From Eledone cirrhosa (Eukaryota), in NCBI GenBank assembly GCA_964016885.1, contig OZ024742.1:153512001-153576000 (forward strand): DNA of 64,000 nucleotides. The letters run 5' to 3'. The notes below the pieces were generated by a model. It was given only the letters and a program-made list of their open reading frames with translations, was not told the origin of the DNA and ran no database searches. Below, one piece after another: positions 13,222 through 27,046 of this stretch (positions within the stretch are counted from its first letter, which is position 1; every line of letters starts with the position of its first letter). The translations under genes were made by a program, and so were the position numbers.

Positions 13222-13698
13222 TCCTTGTCTGGCTTTCTGGAGAATAGAGGAAAGGTGTTTCCTCAAAAACCAGTATGACTCTAAAAACCGGTTTGTCTGT
13301 GTGTTTACATACAGAATAGCTGGACACTAACAGTAAAGTGACCAGTGAAAGACTTGGTACATCTACAAATGTATACGTGTGTGTATTCATATGCATACTA
13401 GTATTTCAGTATACATATGTGGATGTACATTTTTAACTTAATTGTTTAAGCGTCAGTCATACAAAAGTGAGTTACAAACGAAACGAAATTTAATTTCGTT
13501 TCGTTATTTGTTTTTATATATATATATAAATTAATTAAAATAATGAATAAAAAAGAAACAGTTCCTTATATTAAAAAATTCATCATTTTACGATCGTTTC
13601 TAGGATATAAATATGTGTATTGTTATGTATATCATATAGATCTATGTAAAAGTTTTACTATATCATATCTACATATATATATATATATATACTATATG

Positions 13699-13751
<53 letters not shown>

Positions 13752-14049
13752 ATATATACACGGATGTATATATATAAACATGATAGGAGTCGTGGAGGAA
13801 TGTTTGCGAATCAATGGATGGTCAGACAAAATACTATCTTTGCTGCACTAAAGTTTGTATGATATATATATATATATATATATATAACATTTCACTATCT
13901 TCCTCTCTCACTCTCTCTCGCACTCTCTCTCTAACTATTCTCTCTCTATGTATATACATATATTTATTACATATACATAAACCTGTCAATGAAGAGCAAC
14001 TTGAAGATAATTTATATACACACATAAATATATATGTATTATACATACA

Positions 14050-14136
<87 letters not shown>

Positions 14137-14421
14137 AATATATATGAAGTAGTTTATTTCTTTTCTGATTTACCAACAACCAATATAATCAGCGAACAAC
14201 TGCAACCATAGATCATTTCTATCTTGACATGTATTTATATTTTGCAAGAGATTGGAAAATACAATTCAGAACATTCACCAATATAGTACGAAACTGAACA
14301 CAGTTTACAACATATTGTTTTGCCGTCATTTGCTTCAGTTATCAATAATCAATGTGACTTTGCAGATAAGCTATAAACATTATATATAAATACATAAATT
14401 CATTCACACACACACAGACAG

Positions 14422-14480
<59 letters not shown>

Positions 14481-14533
14481 TATATATATATGATGCATAT
14501 ATGTGTGTGTGTATGAATGAATTTATATATATG

Positions 14534-14578
<45 letters not shown>

Positions 14579-15070
14579 TAATGTATGTGAGTGTGTGTGT
14601 GTCTGCATGTGTGCCTGTATATATATATATATTTATATATAAAATCTATAGATACATAAATAAAAAAAATGCATAGAATCTCTCACATTGATACGCATAC
14701 ACGCACATGGGCAGACATATATGTGTATGAGTGTGACGGAGGGTGAGTCGTTGTGTATGTTTCTTTGTGTGTATGGGTATTTATGGCAGTAAGAAGTAAG
14801 TACATGAATGCGTACCGTTTTTTCAATGGTTTACATACCGATTTACTCTAGACATACCAGAAAACTTTCGATGATTCTTCACAAAATACCATATAACTGA
14901 CCGAAATTCCATATTTCAAAATGAACTATATACATAAACATTAGATGGAAACGTTTGCCTTATATTTCTTATATAATCCAAAATGTGTACATTATATTTG
15001 TATCTTCGTATTGTACGTTATCAAACATTTAACTCAATATCTCAAAGTACCTACTCAACGTTTCTTCTCC

Positions 15071-15084
15071 ATACTACTACATCG

Positions 15085-15116
<32 letters not shown>

Positions 15117-15187
15117 TACTACTATTACTACTACTACTACAACTATTGCTGCTGTGGTTGCTCCCCCTCCTCCTCCTCCTACCACTA

Positions 15188-15267
<80 letters not shown>
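15071..15267. repeat. (ACT)n-rich trinucleotide microsatellite
   Basis: Directly visible; explains the poly-L/T/S ORFs. Confidence 0.9.
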
Positions 15268-15268
<1 letters not shown>

Positions 15269-15810
15269 TTTCTTCGTCTTTTAATGCTACTAGATGCGGA
15301 TCGATTACATTTCTTTAATACAAGAATTAAATAAACATCCAGTTTCGTGAACAAGCAAAACTTTTCAATGTTAAGTATATCCACCTGGAAAATATATAGT
15401 TTATATAAATGTTTATTTAAATTTAGTAGAAATGCAATATGAAAATGTTAAGATATATCTATGTATCTGTGACGGCGTATATGCCAGTGTGTACTTCTAG
15501 AGAAGTAGACACTTTTGTTTTGGGGCCAGGTCTTCATTATGTGTTTAGTTTCATTCACCTATCTCAGTTATGGTCACTCGCTTTTCTCTTATGAATTCAA
15601 ATTATTGCATTTCATTTTGTATACACAGTGAAAATGATACACTCGACTATAAAAAAATACGTTCAAGATGATCTTTATCGAGGATTTCAATATAGGACAT
15701 GCGACATGATTTATTAAATTATTGTTCCATGTATTTATCCCCTGAACAGTTGCATTGAAGCGGTATAGTGGCTAGATTCTATGTATTTCTATCAAGCTTA
15801 TATTATTGGG

Positions 15811-16110
15811 AGGTTAACTTTGCCTTTCATCCTTACGGGGTCGATGATATAAAGTACCAGTAATGTACTGGATAATTGCTGGCCTTGTGCCTAAAGTAGA
15901 AACAATTATTTAGTGGAGTGTCAGTATCGGTAGTGGGTCGTACGCCATGCTTTCTAGCATAGAGTTACGGCCCTTGCCATTCTGAGTTCAAATCCCACCG
16001 AGGTTAACTTTGCTTTTCATCCTTACGGGGTCCGGGGTCGATAAAATAAAGTAACAGTAATACACTGGGGTAATTGCTGGCTTAGTGCCAAAAGTAGAAC
16101 CAATTATTTA
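15811..16110 (+). mobile_element. Two tandem tRNA-derived SINE copies (first 5'-truncated) with Nin/Deu-like domain
   Basis: B-box-like GAGTTCAAATCCC, GCCTTTCATCCTTACGGGGTCGAT..GTACCAG core, shared 3' end ctggccttgtgcc..gtagaa. Confidence 0.75.
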
Positions 16111-17589
16111 TCATTTTATTAAAAAAAGGAATCCTATTTCACCAAAATGAACATACTGTTTATTTATATCATTTATATAGTCTTTCGTAACTCCTCCTCC
16201 TCCTCCTCCTCCTCCTCCTCCGCCTCTTCTTCTTCTTCTTCTTCTTCTTCTTCTCGCATACCTCTCTGACACGCTTGTAAACATGATCGTGTTATTTCAG
16301 TTATTACCCAAGATTTCTTGGGACTACGATATACGGACAAGTGGTGGGATGTCAAAGAGTCAATGAAAATATGTTTTACCGAATAATACATACACACATG
16401 CAGACACACGGACACACACACTCATAACAAGGTTTGTATATTGAATCATATACGAAAACGTTAAAGTAAATAAATATTTCTATACACTTGCCATGAAATT
16501 TAGTATACTGAATCATATATATGTGTATGTGTGCGTTTGTGTATGTATGAGTATATATATATACATATATATATATACATATATATATACACACATATAT
16601 ATTCATAGGTACATATAGGTATATATTCTAATAAAGATTTAGGTATTTATTTAAATGACATACCTCAGTGATAGATTAATGTAGAGTATCAGCGAAAGAG
16701 ATATACTGTATGTCAAATCGAAAAAGAAGTGTATCGACCAATATATTGTTTGGTAGATTGATAATAAATAAGTAGATTCTAAAGTTTGTGAACTTTATCG
16801 CAAACAACATTCTACTTAAAACATTAACTTAGTAATCAACTTTATGTATTTATTGTGTAACAGTGAGGTGACTCAATATAGATTTACTAAATTTGTCTCT
16901 TGTATTTTAATGTGTAATAATTCTTTGACTGTCTCGTAAAATTTAACAACACTAAATCACAATTTATTCATCTATAGAATCGGAGATTCAGCGATACCAC
17001 CAACAACACTGTTTAAATGTCATCTTAATATCACAACTAGACATTTTTGAAGTGTGTGCTTCCTCTCTATCTGTCTTTTGTCAAACGTTTTAATTCAAAC
17101 ATAAAATAGCAGCGGTGTTCCTGTTGAAAACCGCTCAGATATGATGAAGTAGATCTCTAATCAAAGACGTGCCAACAGCGACACACATGTTATTATACCT
17201 CTAGTGCATTTAACTAGTGTTTCAACGGTTTTTAAGACGCCTGTGTGAGATTAAAAACAAACAAACATTTCATTATTAGCAGTAATAGAAAGAGAGATCT
17301 TTGTGTGCATGTTAAATGGCAGAGTTATATATATCGGGGTGCTGTTCTACAAAGTATTTTTTCGAAGCTAAATTTCCCCCCACATATTTTGTTTGATGAC
17401 GAATATTTTACAGATAAGAAACATCAAATCTATTAAAGCAAATCAACTACATGTAAACCAAGGCGAGACGTTTTTAAATCTTCGTGTGGCCTGCTGAGTA
17501 TTGTAGATGATTCATTATCAAACGACATATTACAATGTCAAATAAAGAAAAACATTGAATGTTGGAGTCCTTGATATATCTTTTCTTTA

Positions 17590-17760
17590 GAATATGGACG
17601 TAGCTTGACCGACGGATTAAGAGATTACTTTCGCTATCACTAGGAACCGGATTCCACGCCACTGCCTGGCATATCGGGAAAATATCATTTACCATAGCAT
17701 CTAGTCCAAGGACCGATTGTGAACCAAATTGGATAAAAGGAAATTGTTTGGAAGTCCTCC
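17590..17760 (+). mobile_element. Degenerate tRNA-SINE of a second family
   Basis: Resemblance by recall to a common octopus SINE (..ccactgcctggca..ggaaaatatcatttaccatagc..); diverged. Confidence 0.4.
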
Positions 17761-18169
17761 GGAAAACTGGACATACACTGCACGATTTCTTGAAGACTCG
17801 CTACAGTGTGGATATGTGTCGTGGATGTTACGTCAGAGCAAACCTACACAGTTATGCTTGCAGGGACTTCCTGAAATCTGGGCTAAAAATCGCATTTCTT
17901 TATTACTAAGACCGTATTTCTGATCCTTTTCTGTCTGTCTGTGTAGACAAGAACGCGAGTTTTCCTTTTACACCTTCCTCAGATGACCGAGTGAAGAAGC
18001 TTGTACATTATTACACAAGCTCCAGGAATTCATGTATTTTATTCAGTCTCCTATGTTTAATCGTTCATGAAATCGCGCCGGAGATACTTTACATTTTCAA
18101 CCATCTTCGATGTAAGACCATTTGTGCGCAGAGTTGCTGGCCTTGTGCTAAAAGTAGAAACAATTATTT

Positions 18170-18390
18170 TTCACTGCTCCAAATAATGACATATTATATT
18201 CGTCTTTTCCCGTTCTTTGCCAGGGAACGTTACCACGAACCAAAGTATCGTCTTCCTGTCTTCCCCCGTTTGCAACGTTTTTTGCAATATTCACTTCTGC
18301 GTTCACAGATTGATTTTGTTAGTTTCAGAAGATCCCGTTAAAGGGTGAAAGCAGCGATTCTTTGCTTAAACTTTAATCTGATATTTTAAT
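18170..18390 (+). repeat. Dispersed HHR-bearing repeat (pLTR-like)
   Basis: Homologous to 60625-60842 and partly to 63864-63981. Confidence 0.75.
18306..18380 (+). ncRNA. Extended type I hammerhead variant, core CAGAAGA
   Basis: cagattga-ttttgtt-agttt CAGAAGA tccc-gttaaa-gggt GAAA gca..tgc TT aaact-ttaatctg; bulged stem I. Confidence 0.65.
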
Positions 18391-18392
18391 TT

Positions 18393-18514
<122 letters not shown>

Positions 18515-19329
18515 GGATGCGCACACATATATAACGAGAAATGTATATCCCGAACATGACTGTATTCTAGAGATATCAACGAGCATAAATATTGCCCATA
18601 CACCTAAAAATCATCTAATGTACAATATGTATAATACACATATAATTAAAAAGGAAAGCTAAGCAGATCTATACCTCAGAATGACTTAGATTATGGTGTC
18701 TCATATTTATAGGGAAATTTATTCTTTGTTGAAATATTCTCATGTCAATAACGCCCTGAATTCAATTTATATGAAACCTAAACAGGCGTAAAGACGAGGA
18801 GATGCTAATGTATTTAGACGTTGCACAGTTTGGTGTGTGTTTTTAATACTGTGCCAAAAAAAAAAAATGAAAATAATTTACTTCAACACTTGTTGAATGT
18901 AAACGGGTTGCAATCCTTCTCAGTTTTTGTTTGTGTCATTCAGGAGATGTTTCTACCACTTATAGGATCTTACGTGAAAAGGAAATGAACCATAATCTAA
19001 AACTAAGTATGTAGAAATAAGTTTACATCGGTAATTCGTTTTCGTTGTTCGTACAAAAAAGTATTTAGTATCACGTTGATGAGGTGAGCTTTTCGATATT
19101 TGTTTTGTTCATTCAACATGTTTCTATTGCATTCTTGTTTGTTAGGTTCATTGCTGGTTTTCGTCAAGTTCCATCCGTTGATATAACGTTACGAAATAAT
19201 TTATTTCTCTTTTGCTCTCCATAGCCTAGATGGGATCTATAAATAAATGAAACCAAATGCTCGCTAAAATAAAATTCATCGATTGATTTTGCTTTTCATC
19301 TTTCAATGTGAATAAGAAAATGGAAACCA

Positions 19330-19720
19330 GAAAGATCATTGGGCTGCTTGAGGAAATGCCTGTGGGGCGGTTGCCTTAGGGTCGACTCCCGTCCTTTCCA
19401 AACAACAAGTGCTCTTCGGCTTCCTCTACCCTCACTTCGAGCTCGGGAAGACAATTACAGTTGACGTAAAAACATCTAGACAGATGATCCAGGAATTGTG
19501 GGTAAAAGCAAATATCCCTACCGAAACGCCAACAAAGCATCAACATTTCAATCAGGGTATTGTATAAGGAGTATCAAGTACTAAAGAAAATCAAAAAAAA
19601 AATCAAGTATCACCTAGAACACAATTGCAAAGGGTGAGATTAGGAAAGGTGATCTAGAGAAAGGACAATATTCCACAGGGTATTTTCAAAAATCCATTTG
19701 ACCTGCAATTGAAAATATTT
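19330..19720 (+). pseudogene. Possible DNA transposase N-terminal remnant (hATm-like)
   Basis: Frameshifted pieces GRLPS..QQVLFGFLY, IQELWVKANIPT, ..FDL match a recalled hATm-type N-terminal pattern. Confidence 0.4.
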
Positions 19721-21232
19721 CGCTATATCATCAACAGAAACATGAGCATAATCAACACGAGATGGTTGACGATAGTTTGCAAAATAAAAGACCCTAACTC
19801 ACATACATAGCAATGACCAAAGATATAATTTGTTTCCGGTACGGGGGTGACGAATATCATCAGAATATACCGTACGATCGAGAAGGAGAAAGAGGGGCGG
19901 AGGAGACGAAGAGAGGGGTCGGTGAATACATATATAAATACATATAAGTTCATAGTCTCTACTGTATGTATTTATTTATTTCTCAACAGTTTACATACAT
20001 TACTATAAGTCATGATTATTTGAGAATTCAGCATATCTCATAGATTTCAACGGGAAATAACTTTAGCCTTAGGCGCATTGCATAAATACAACACAACATA
20101 TATAAATAAAGTAAATTGTTATCACGTTGTTGAATAATTTATTCAGTTATATTTACACTGAACGAAATGCGAGCGGTGAAGCTACAACTACCTGGTCGCT
20201 TAAATTGCTGGACGTAGCAACCAATTCTCCCCACTATATTACGCTAATATATTAATGACATAAAGAATATTATAGGCGTACATACTATTACGTCTTTGGG
20301 ATATCAGGACTGAACATCTTTAATATACTAGAACAGAGCATATGCAGTGTCTAGATAATTCACACATTACGCAAAAGCACAAATATCCTACATCCTTGCT
20401 AGCTGTATATTTATGTACTCATTGCTACGTACCGAATGGAACACTACTCTTGAGTCATATTAATTCCTAGGAACTCCAAATATATCTCCCTCATATCACG
20501 ACGTAGATTATTCCTATGGTATCATATAATATAGTCCTTAATACGCCCAAACATACTGGGTTGACATGGTTCGCCATTGTTCGCTATTACTGTATTGATT
20601 AGTATTGAAATACAACACCAGGTACAATACAACACCAATATCGGTAATGATAACACATTAGTAATTATCTAGAAAACTCAATAAGTATGCCTTTCTTTAT
20701 GAAGCTGCCATCTGTTGATATTCAAAATTAACTCATCCATTTTTCATACATACCTTAAGTATAATACAACATCCTTTCTTTGTCACCACTAACATCATAA
20801 ATTGTTAAAATGTGCTAGTGGTGTAATTTCACATTTTCTGTCAGGTATTTCACACGCATCTTATTATGTTGAATTAATTTGTTGACTATCTTGAGGCTAG
20901 TGTAGTTATACACGCTTGAAGGACTTTGGTTATTTAATATGGGGCTCCTAGCATTGTCAGTTTAATGTTGTTGCATTTAGAAATCGATGAATATGTTATA
21001 TTCGGTAATGTAAGTTTAATGTGTCCGTATCATCTAAATACGGGGGAATAAAGTGTATTGAAAATGATATCTAAATCTTCCATTCAGTGACTATGAATTT
21101 CCAGTATGAAGAAAATTAAATGTTGAGTAATGGCTTAAAATATTGATCTAGTGTTTTGTTTAAATGAATTTAATTTATATACCTACATATACCTACAGGC
21201 TAACGTGTTTATATACACGTACATACATACAT

Positions 21233-21305
<73 letters not shown>

Positions 21306-21941
21306 TGGATATATGCATATGTATATCTAATGCCAAACTATTTGTATAGGATATTTACAATAGATGTAATGCAGAAGAATATAGTATATGTTTGTATTAT
21401 GTTAAAAATCATGTATGTGACATACGCTTGGCCTCTAGTTTCAATATTTCAAATTAGATTAATATATTTTGAGTAAGAAGCCGTGGAACGTTAAATTCAA
21501 TGGCGGGTTTGATTTGTTAAATTCATTTATAAAGCATGTAGAATCAAAACAGTCACACTGAATTAATATAAATGTGTTTGACGCGATGATTTTAAAAAGC
21601 CATCGTGTTAAAACCAAATACGTCAAGAATTAAATTTATAGTAGATTTTTCAGAGTTCTGTTCAGTATTGATAGAAATACATACATGTACATATGTGTTT
21701 TTCAGATAATAAAATGATATATTGCATTGAATATTGTAAAATATTGGAAGCTTACACTATGGTTTTTATAAGGTTATATTTTCTTTCTATTCTTCATTTG
21801 TTGTACATGATTATCTTTTGGTTTCAACTTTAATCAACACTTATATTGTGAGCATTCTCATTTCTTGACATAATAAACTACATAAGCCTCGCCTTTTTGA
21901 ATATTTTAAAACTATCCCTATAATATATAATATATATAATA

Positions 21942-21991
<50 letters not shown>

Positions 21992-22137
21992 TCCGCCTCC
22001 GTGGTATTTTCTTCGGGGTTATAAGAGGCTTAGCTCTGTTTCTCGACCGTTATATCGCGTGACTATCTCCCCCTCCGCCTTTTGGGATTCTTTCTCACGT
22101 CGTGTAGACGCGTTCTTGAAGCTAGTAAAATGAGGTA

Positions 22138-22227
22138 TCCTCTTGATAAGTCGGCAGACCTCGCAAGGACTCTATATCTTTATGATGTATTGTTTTTGTT
22201 TATGCCACGAAACTACGTAGTCGAGTA
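22138..22227 (+). ncRNA. Hammerhead variant U3-A8 (core UUGAUAA) with large stem II loop
   Basis: tcctc TTGATAA gtcggca..tgccac GAAA ctacgtag TC gagta. Confidence 0.75.
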
Positions 22228-22730
22228 ATCTAGGAAAAGTTTAGGTATGATACATTTTATTAATAATTATATCTAAATGTTTCTTCTCTCTTCATAATGT
22301 ATTTTTAACTCTGATACTGGTCCAGTCTAGTTCAACCGGATTGGTCTGTCCCAGTCATTCATTGAGCAACATCGGTGAGGTTGGCACCATTAACTCACGG
22401 TTGGGTGTGGATGCATTCATGTATATGTGTGTGTCCGCATGTATCTGTGTGTTTCTAAATATATTGTTCATAACTCCCTCTGGTCGAGTAATTTTTGAAG
22501 TGTGCTGACTGCTGGAAAGCAGCCATTACTCATACTTCTCGCCTCCTTCACCACCTCTTCTACGGCTTCGATAAAAATATCCCCTCCGCCTCCGTGGTAT
22601 TTTCTTCGGGGTTATAAGAGGCTTAGCTCTGTTTCTCGACCGTTATATCGCGTGACTATCTCCCCCTCCGCCTTTTCGGATTCTTTCTCACGTCGTGTAG
22701 ACGCGTTCTTGAAGCTAGTAAAATGAGGTA

Positions 22731-22820
22731 TGCTCTTGATAAGTCGGCATACCTCGCGAGGACTCTATATCTTTATGATGTATTGTTTTTGTTTATGCCA
22801 CGAAACTACGTAGTCGAGGA
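22731..22820 (+). ncRNA. Hammerhead variant U3-A8 (second copy)
   Basis: tgctc TTGATAA gtcggcata..tatgccac GAAA ctacgtag TC gagga. Confidence 0.75.
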
Positions 22821-22960
22821 ATCTAGGAACAGTTTAGGTATGAATCATGTTATTACTAATTATATCTAAATGTTTCTTCTCTCTTCATAATATATATATA
22901 TATATATATATATAGATGCATATATCTATGTATATATATCTCTCTATTTATATATATATA

Positions 22961-23148
22961 TAATTGTTTCTACTTTAGGCACAAGGCCAGCAATTACCCA
23001 GTGCATTACTGGTACTATATTTTATCGACCCCGTAACGATGAAAGGCAAAGTCAACCTCCGCGGGATTTGAACTCAGATCGTAAAGGGACGTAACTATGC
23101 TGAAAAGCATGGCGTCCGCCCCTCTACCGATACTGCCAATCCACCGCC
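22961..23148 (-). mobile_element. Full-length tRNA-derived SINE (same family as 15811-16110)
   Basis: Reverse strand GGCGGTGGATTGGCAGTATCGG (A box), GAGTTCAAATCCC (B box), CTTTGCCTTTCATC..GGGGTCGATAAAAT. Confidence 0.8.
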
Positions 23149-23317
23149 CATATATATATCGTTTCAGAATTTCGTTTCTGAACTTTGACAATATATGAAC
23201 AACCGTCCGTTTGTGGAACCAACCAACCAACCGGAAATTTATAAATTCTTAAATTTATAAATTTATTATAATACATTTGAGTGAAAGCAAGTTGTGCGTG
23301 TGTTTCTTATTGGCAAC

Positions 23318-26300
23318 ATGACCCTCCCAAAGCATAACAATATCGGTTTCAACATACGTTTTCAGATAAAGTATCTTGCTAAACAAATTCAGAAACGAAA
23401 TATCGTAAACCTTAGCCAGGCTAACAAGATACTGAAAACCACCATGTTCTGTTGTCTACGAAAAACAATAACACTCGACAACACCACTTCATAAAATATT
23501 ATGCCTCGTCCTGAGTTTACACCAATACCATCAACACCGATGTAAGAATATTACAACTTACCGAAAAGCAAGCAGATAGGCTAAAACAAATACTAATTCT
23601 AGACATAAAAAAGAAGATTTACAGAGAATTAAGTCATCAAGAAAAACATAAGCGTAACCTAATACAAGAAATAACTAAGATCACCACACCAAGAGAAAAA
23701 TTAATATTTATAAACATTATATGTCTTGAAGAAAAGTACATGGTTCAAGAATATGACAAGCACTTTAACAAGAAATTGAGATGGCTCAAACAGATGAAAC
23801 TAGACCAAGAAGCTTTAGAGAATAGCGATAGATATCCTGACAAGATTGACGGTATAAACATAGCCGACATCTCATTAACAGATGAATTCAACAACAACAA
23901 CACAAATATATACGGCAACACTACAGTCGCCTCTGATAAATTAGCGATATTACAGCTACCACCTAAATATGCCACATAAGGCAAATGTGATAAAATGCTT
24001 GTCAGAAATATAAAAAATCATTTACAAAATTACGTTGGAGCCTAAAAAAACTAAAAACTAAGGGAACAACATACGCACACACACACACACATACAACACA
24101 CATCCCAACAACAACATACAAACATACACAAACAATGATAAAACAACACACACATCAACAATAATAACATACTCAGAAACACCAACAACAGACACAAACA
24201 ACAATAACAAAACACACAACAATAATAACATACACGGAGACAACAACAACACACATCCACAACAGCACACATCAATAACAACAACAACACACACACATGC
24301 TATGCCTCTCACCACCACCGCAATCTTAACAAACACACAGGCACAGAAAACAGGTAATGACGGTAACACAGGTAATGACAGTAACAGTAATGGGATTGAA
24401 AGGAGAAGGGAGACTATCGATACTGACAGAGAAAATAACCAGGACGAACACACAGACACACAAAATAGAGTAGATAATAACAATGAGTCAGAGGAAAGAA
24501 ACAGCAGTAATAATGAGAGACATAGAAATAACCATGACGCTGTTGGTGGAAATAGAAATAGAAACAACACAACTAACAATAACAATAACAATGGTACACA
24601 TAAAGCAGCAGCCTGGAACTCTACTTTTTATAATCCTTCCGATATGTCCTTCGACATACAACGAGTCCACGCCACGACTTTAGCTTTTAACAATCGCACG
24701 CAATTGCCGTCTCAGGTCCATGAACAAACAGAAGCACAATTTAGTATAGCTAGATCTAAACTTAGAAATATTATAGACCAGTATAGTAAGAAGAAAAATA
24801 GAATGGAGGCCCAGCAACTGGGAGAAAAATCTGTAAATGGCTTGCGTAAGCTCATGCAGCGCTCGCGTAATGGGGAGATTGCATGCTTTCCAACAGACAG
24901 GTCTGGCAGAAAGTTGGGTGCCAGTCTGTCAAATTACATCCGGGCAATGAAACCCCACATCACTGACACAAGAGAAGTAACACCACAAGTGTATGATGAT
25001 AGGGAGAAAACCCTCAATGCGCATATGATGATGTGGACAAACAAAATACAGCCCAATAAAATGACTGCCAACAACTTCCAGGCCTGGGACAATGACGTGC
25101 TAGCGTTGTATAGGCTTCGAAAAGACCATAAAACGTGCAGTGACCCTGTCACAGGACCACCAACATGGCCAGTCTGTGGAGCTAACATTGCTAGTAACTA
25201 CAGATTTTCCTACTTCCTCTCCCTGATCATACGGCCCATTATTGAAATGCCCCCATATATATGTGACAGCACGGAGGACATCCTCAGCAGAGTCAACGAA
25301 AGTAACCCATCTAGGGACCTAACAAACTGTATAATAGGTAGCATAGATGTTGTGTCCCTATATAAATCCATTGACGTGGATTTTGCTGTGGTGAAATGCA
25401 TATAAATGATCAGTGAGAGCAAAGTTGAATTCCGTGGGATTGATACCAGTGAGCTGGGACCCCTACTTAAACTTACATATAGTAATGATTATCTAGATAC
25501 ATATGATCTTAGAAACATGTGCCCTACAAGACCAGCAAGAGGCATTACCTCAATGGCCAAGAAAACCCACACAGATAGATGGAACGGGTGGACCAGAGCC
25601 ATACGGACCCCCGAAAACCACGATGAACTAAAGAAAATGATTGCACATGCGGTGGGGGCCAGTATAAAATTAACCCCTAAAGAACATATGTTCAAACATT
25701 TAATGGAAAAATATATACCCAAGAGGAGGGAGCAGCCATTGGTGTTAGCATTGCAGGTGATATGGTATGGTGGGACAATAAACTTAAACTTAAACTTAAA
25801 GAACAATTAGAAGACAACAACCTCTTAACCCTGATAATGTACTGCCGCTACGTTGATGATATAAACATCGTAGTAAAAACACGCCCACTAGAGAACAGTC
25901 AGGAATTAGAGAAAAACACAATGGAAAGCATCCAGCAATTTGATTCCATCCACCAGAGGATTAGAGTTACTATACACTACCCAAGCAAATCCCCAACCAT
26001 CGATTAGCTGTACGAGACACAGAGCTCTGGTTAGAAACGATTAATAACAAAAAACAAATCCTCCATTCCCATCATGCCAAACCCATGACTACTAAATATC
26101 TGATGCACCAAAAGTCAGCTGTATCGGACCACACCAAAATCAACATACCGATTGCGGATTTGGTGGGGTGATGAGAAACGTGTCCCATATGAGCAACCCC
26201 CAAAACTAGAGAGACACATACAACACTTCATCCACCGTATGCAGTTCTGGAATAGAATAGAAAGAACTAGGAATAAGGTTAATAGAATAAACTCATGGTA

Positions 26301-26859
26301 TGATAGCCATAAATACCAGATTGTAATGTTCATCAATACAACCCCTGGATTTGAATTATCTTACAAATTTAGAAGGGCCCTAGATAAACATCAACTCAAT
26401 ATTAAGATAGCAGAACGACCAGGTACCTACATAAAAACACTTATTAGCAATACATACACTTTTCAAAGACCTCCCTGTATAGATAAGAAATGTATAATCT
26501 GTAAATTAAGCCCCCATATTAAATGTAAAACTAGAAATGTAGTATATAGCATAATATGTACTGAAGGACAATGTAGAGATAAGAATATAGTGTACATAGG
26601 TGACACAGCCCGTAGTGTAGGGGAACGGATATATGAACACTGGCGAGAGCTTCAAGAGAGAAAAGAATCATCTGTACTCCACACACATGCTAAAATAGAA
26701 CATAATGGTAACTTAGAGAACATAGAAATAAAAATAGAATCTACACACAGAAAAGACGCAATGTTTAGACAAATAACAGAGGCAATAAACATAAATAAAC
26801 TCCAACCAAAATTAAATAGAAAACATGAATGGAATAGCAACATCACAACTTACAATTAA
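23318..26859 (+). pseudogene. PLE RT + GIY-YIG, multiple stops and frameshifts
   Basis: TDRSG, RKDHK, DVVSLY, RYVDD, CIDKKCIIC, NVVY..YIGDT.R, RQITEA, LNRKHEW. Confidence 0.9.
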
Positions 26860-27046
26860 GGACAAAATGAAAACACACACACATAGAACAAACAACCAAT
26901 CAGTAACATGTAAATAAACAAATAAATAAACACACACAGACTCGAGGATGTAACACATGCGCAAACTAAGCACACAACACATACAAAAACAAGATGGCGT
27001 AGGACAGAACAAATGAGAGACACACAAACAAAGAAAATAATCCCCA

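Larger units (their letters stand above)
12321..13514 (-). mobile_element. Non-coding HHR-bearing tandem + inverted repeat (467-bp unit), retrozyme or non-autonomous PLE-like
   Basis: Unit 12321-12787, partial copy 12788-13146, inverted copy ~13145-13514; one HHR per copy; no RT or EN. Confidence 0.8.
21991..22891 (+). mobile_element. Non-coding HHR-bearing 1.5-mer tandem (593-bp unit), retrozyme or non-autonomous PLE-like
   Basis: 21991-22298 repeated at 22584-22891; (TA)n both sides; one HHR variant per copy. Confidence 0.8.

Noticed and set aside
12441-13396. Repeated 60-83 aa ORF in the 467-bp unit
   Set aside because: GTG start, antisense to the HHR, no motif; conservation is explained by recent duplication
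14945-15384. Mucin-like poly-Thr/Pro ORF
   Set aside because: (ACT)n/(CCT)n microsatellite open in several frames; no splice or domain support
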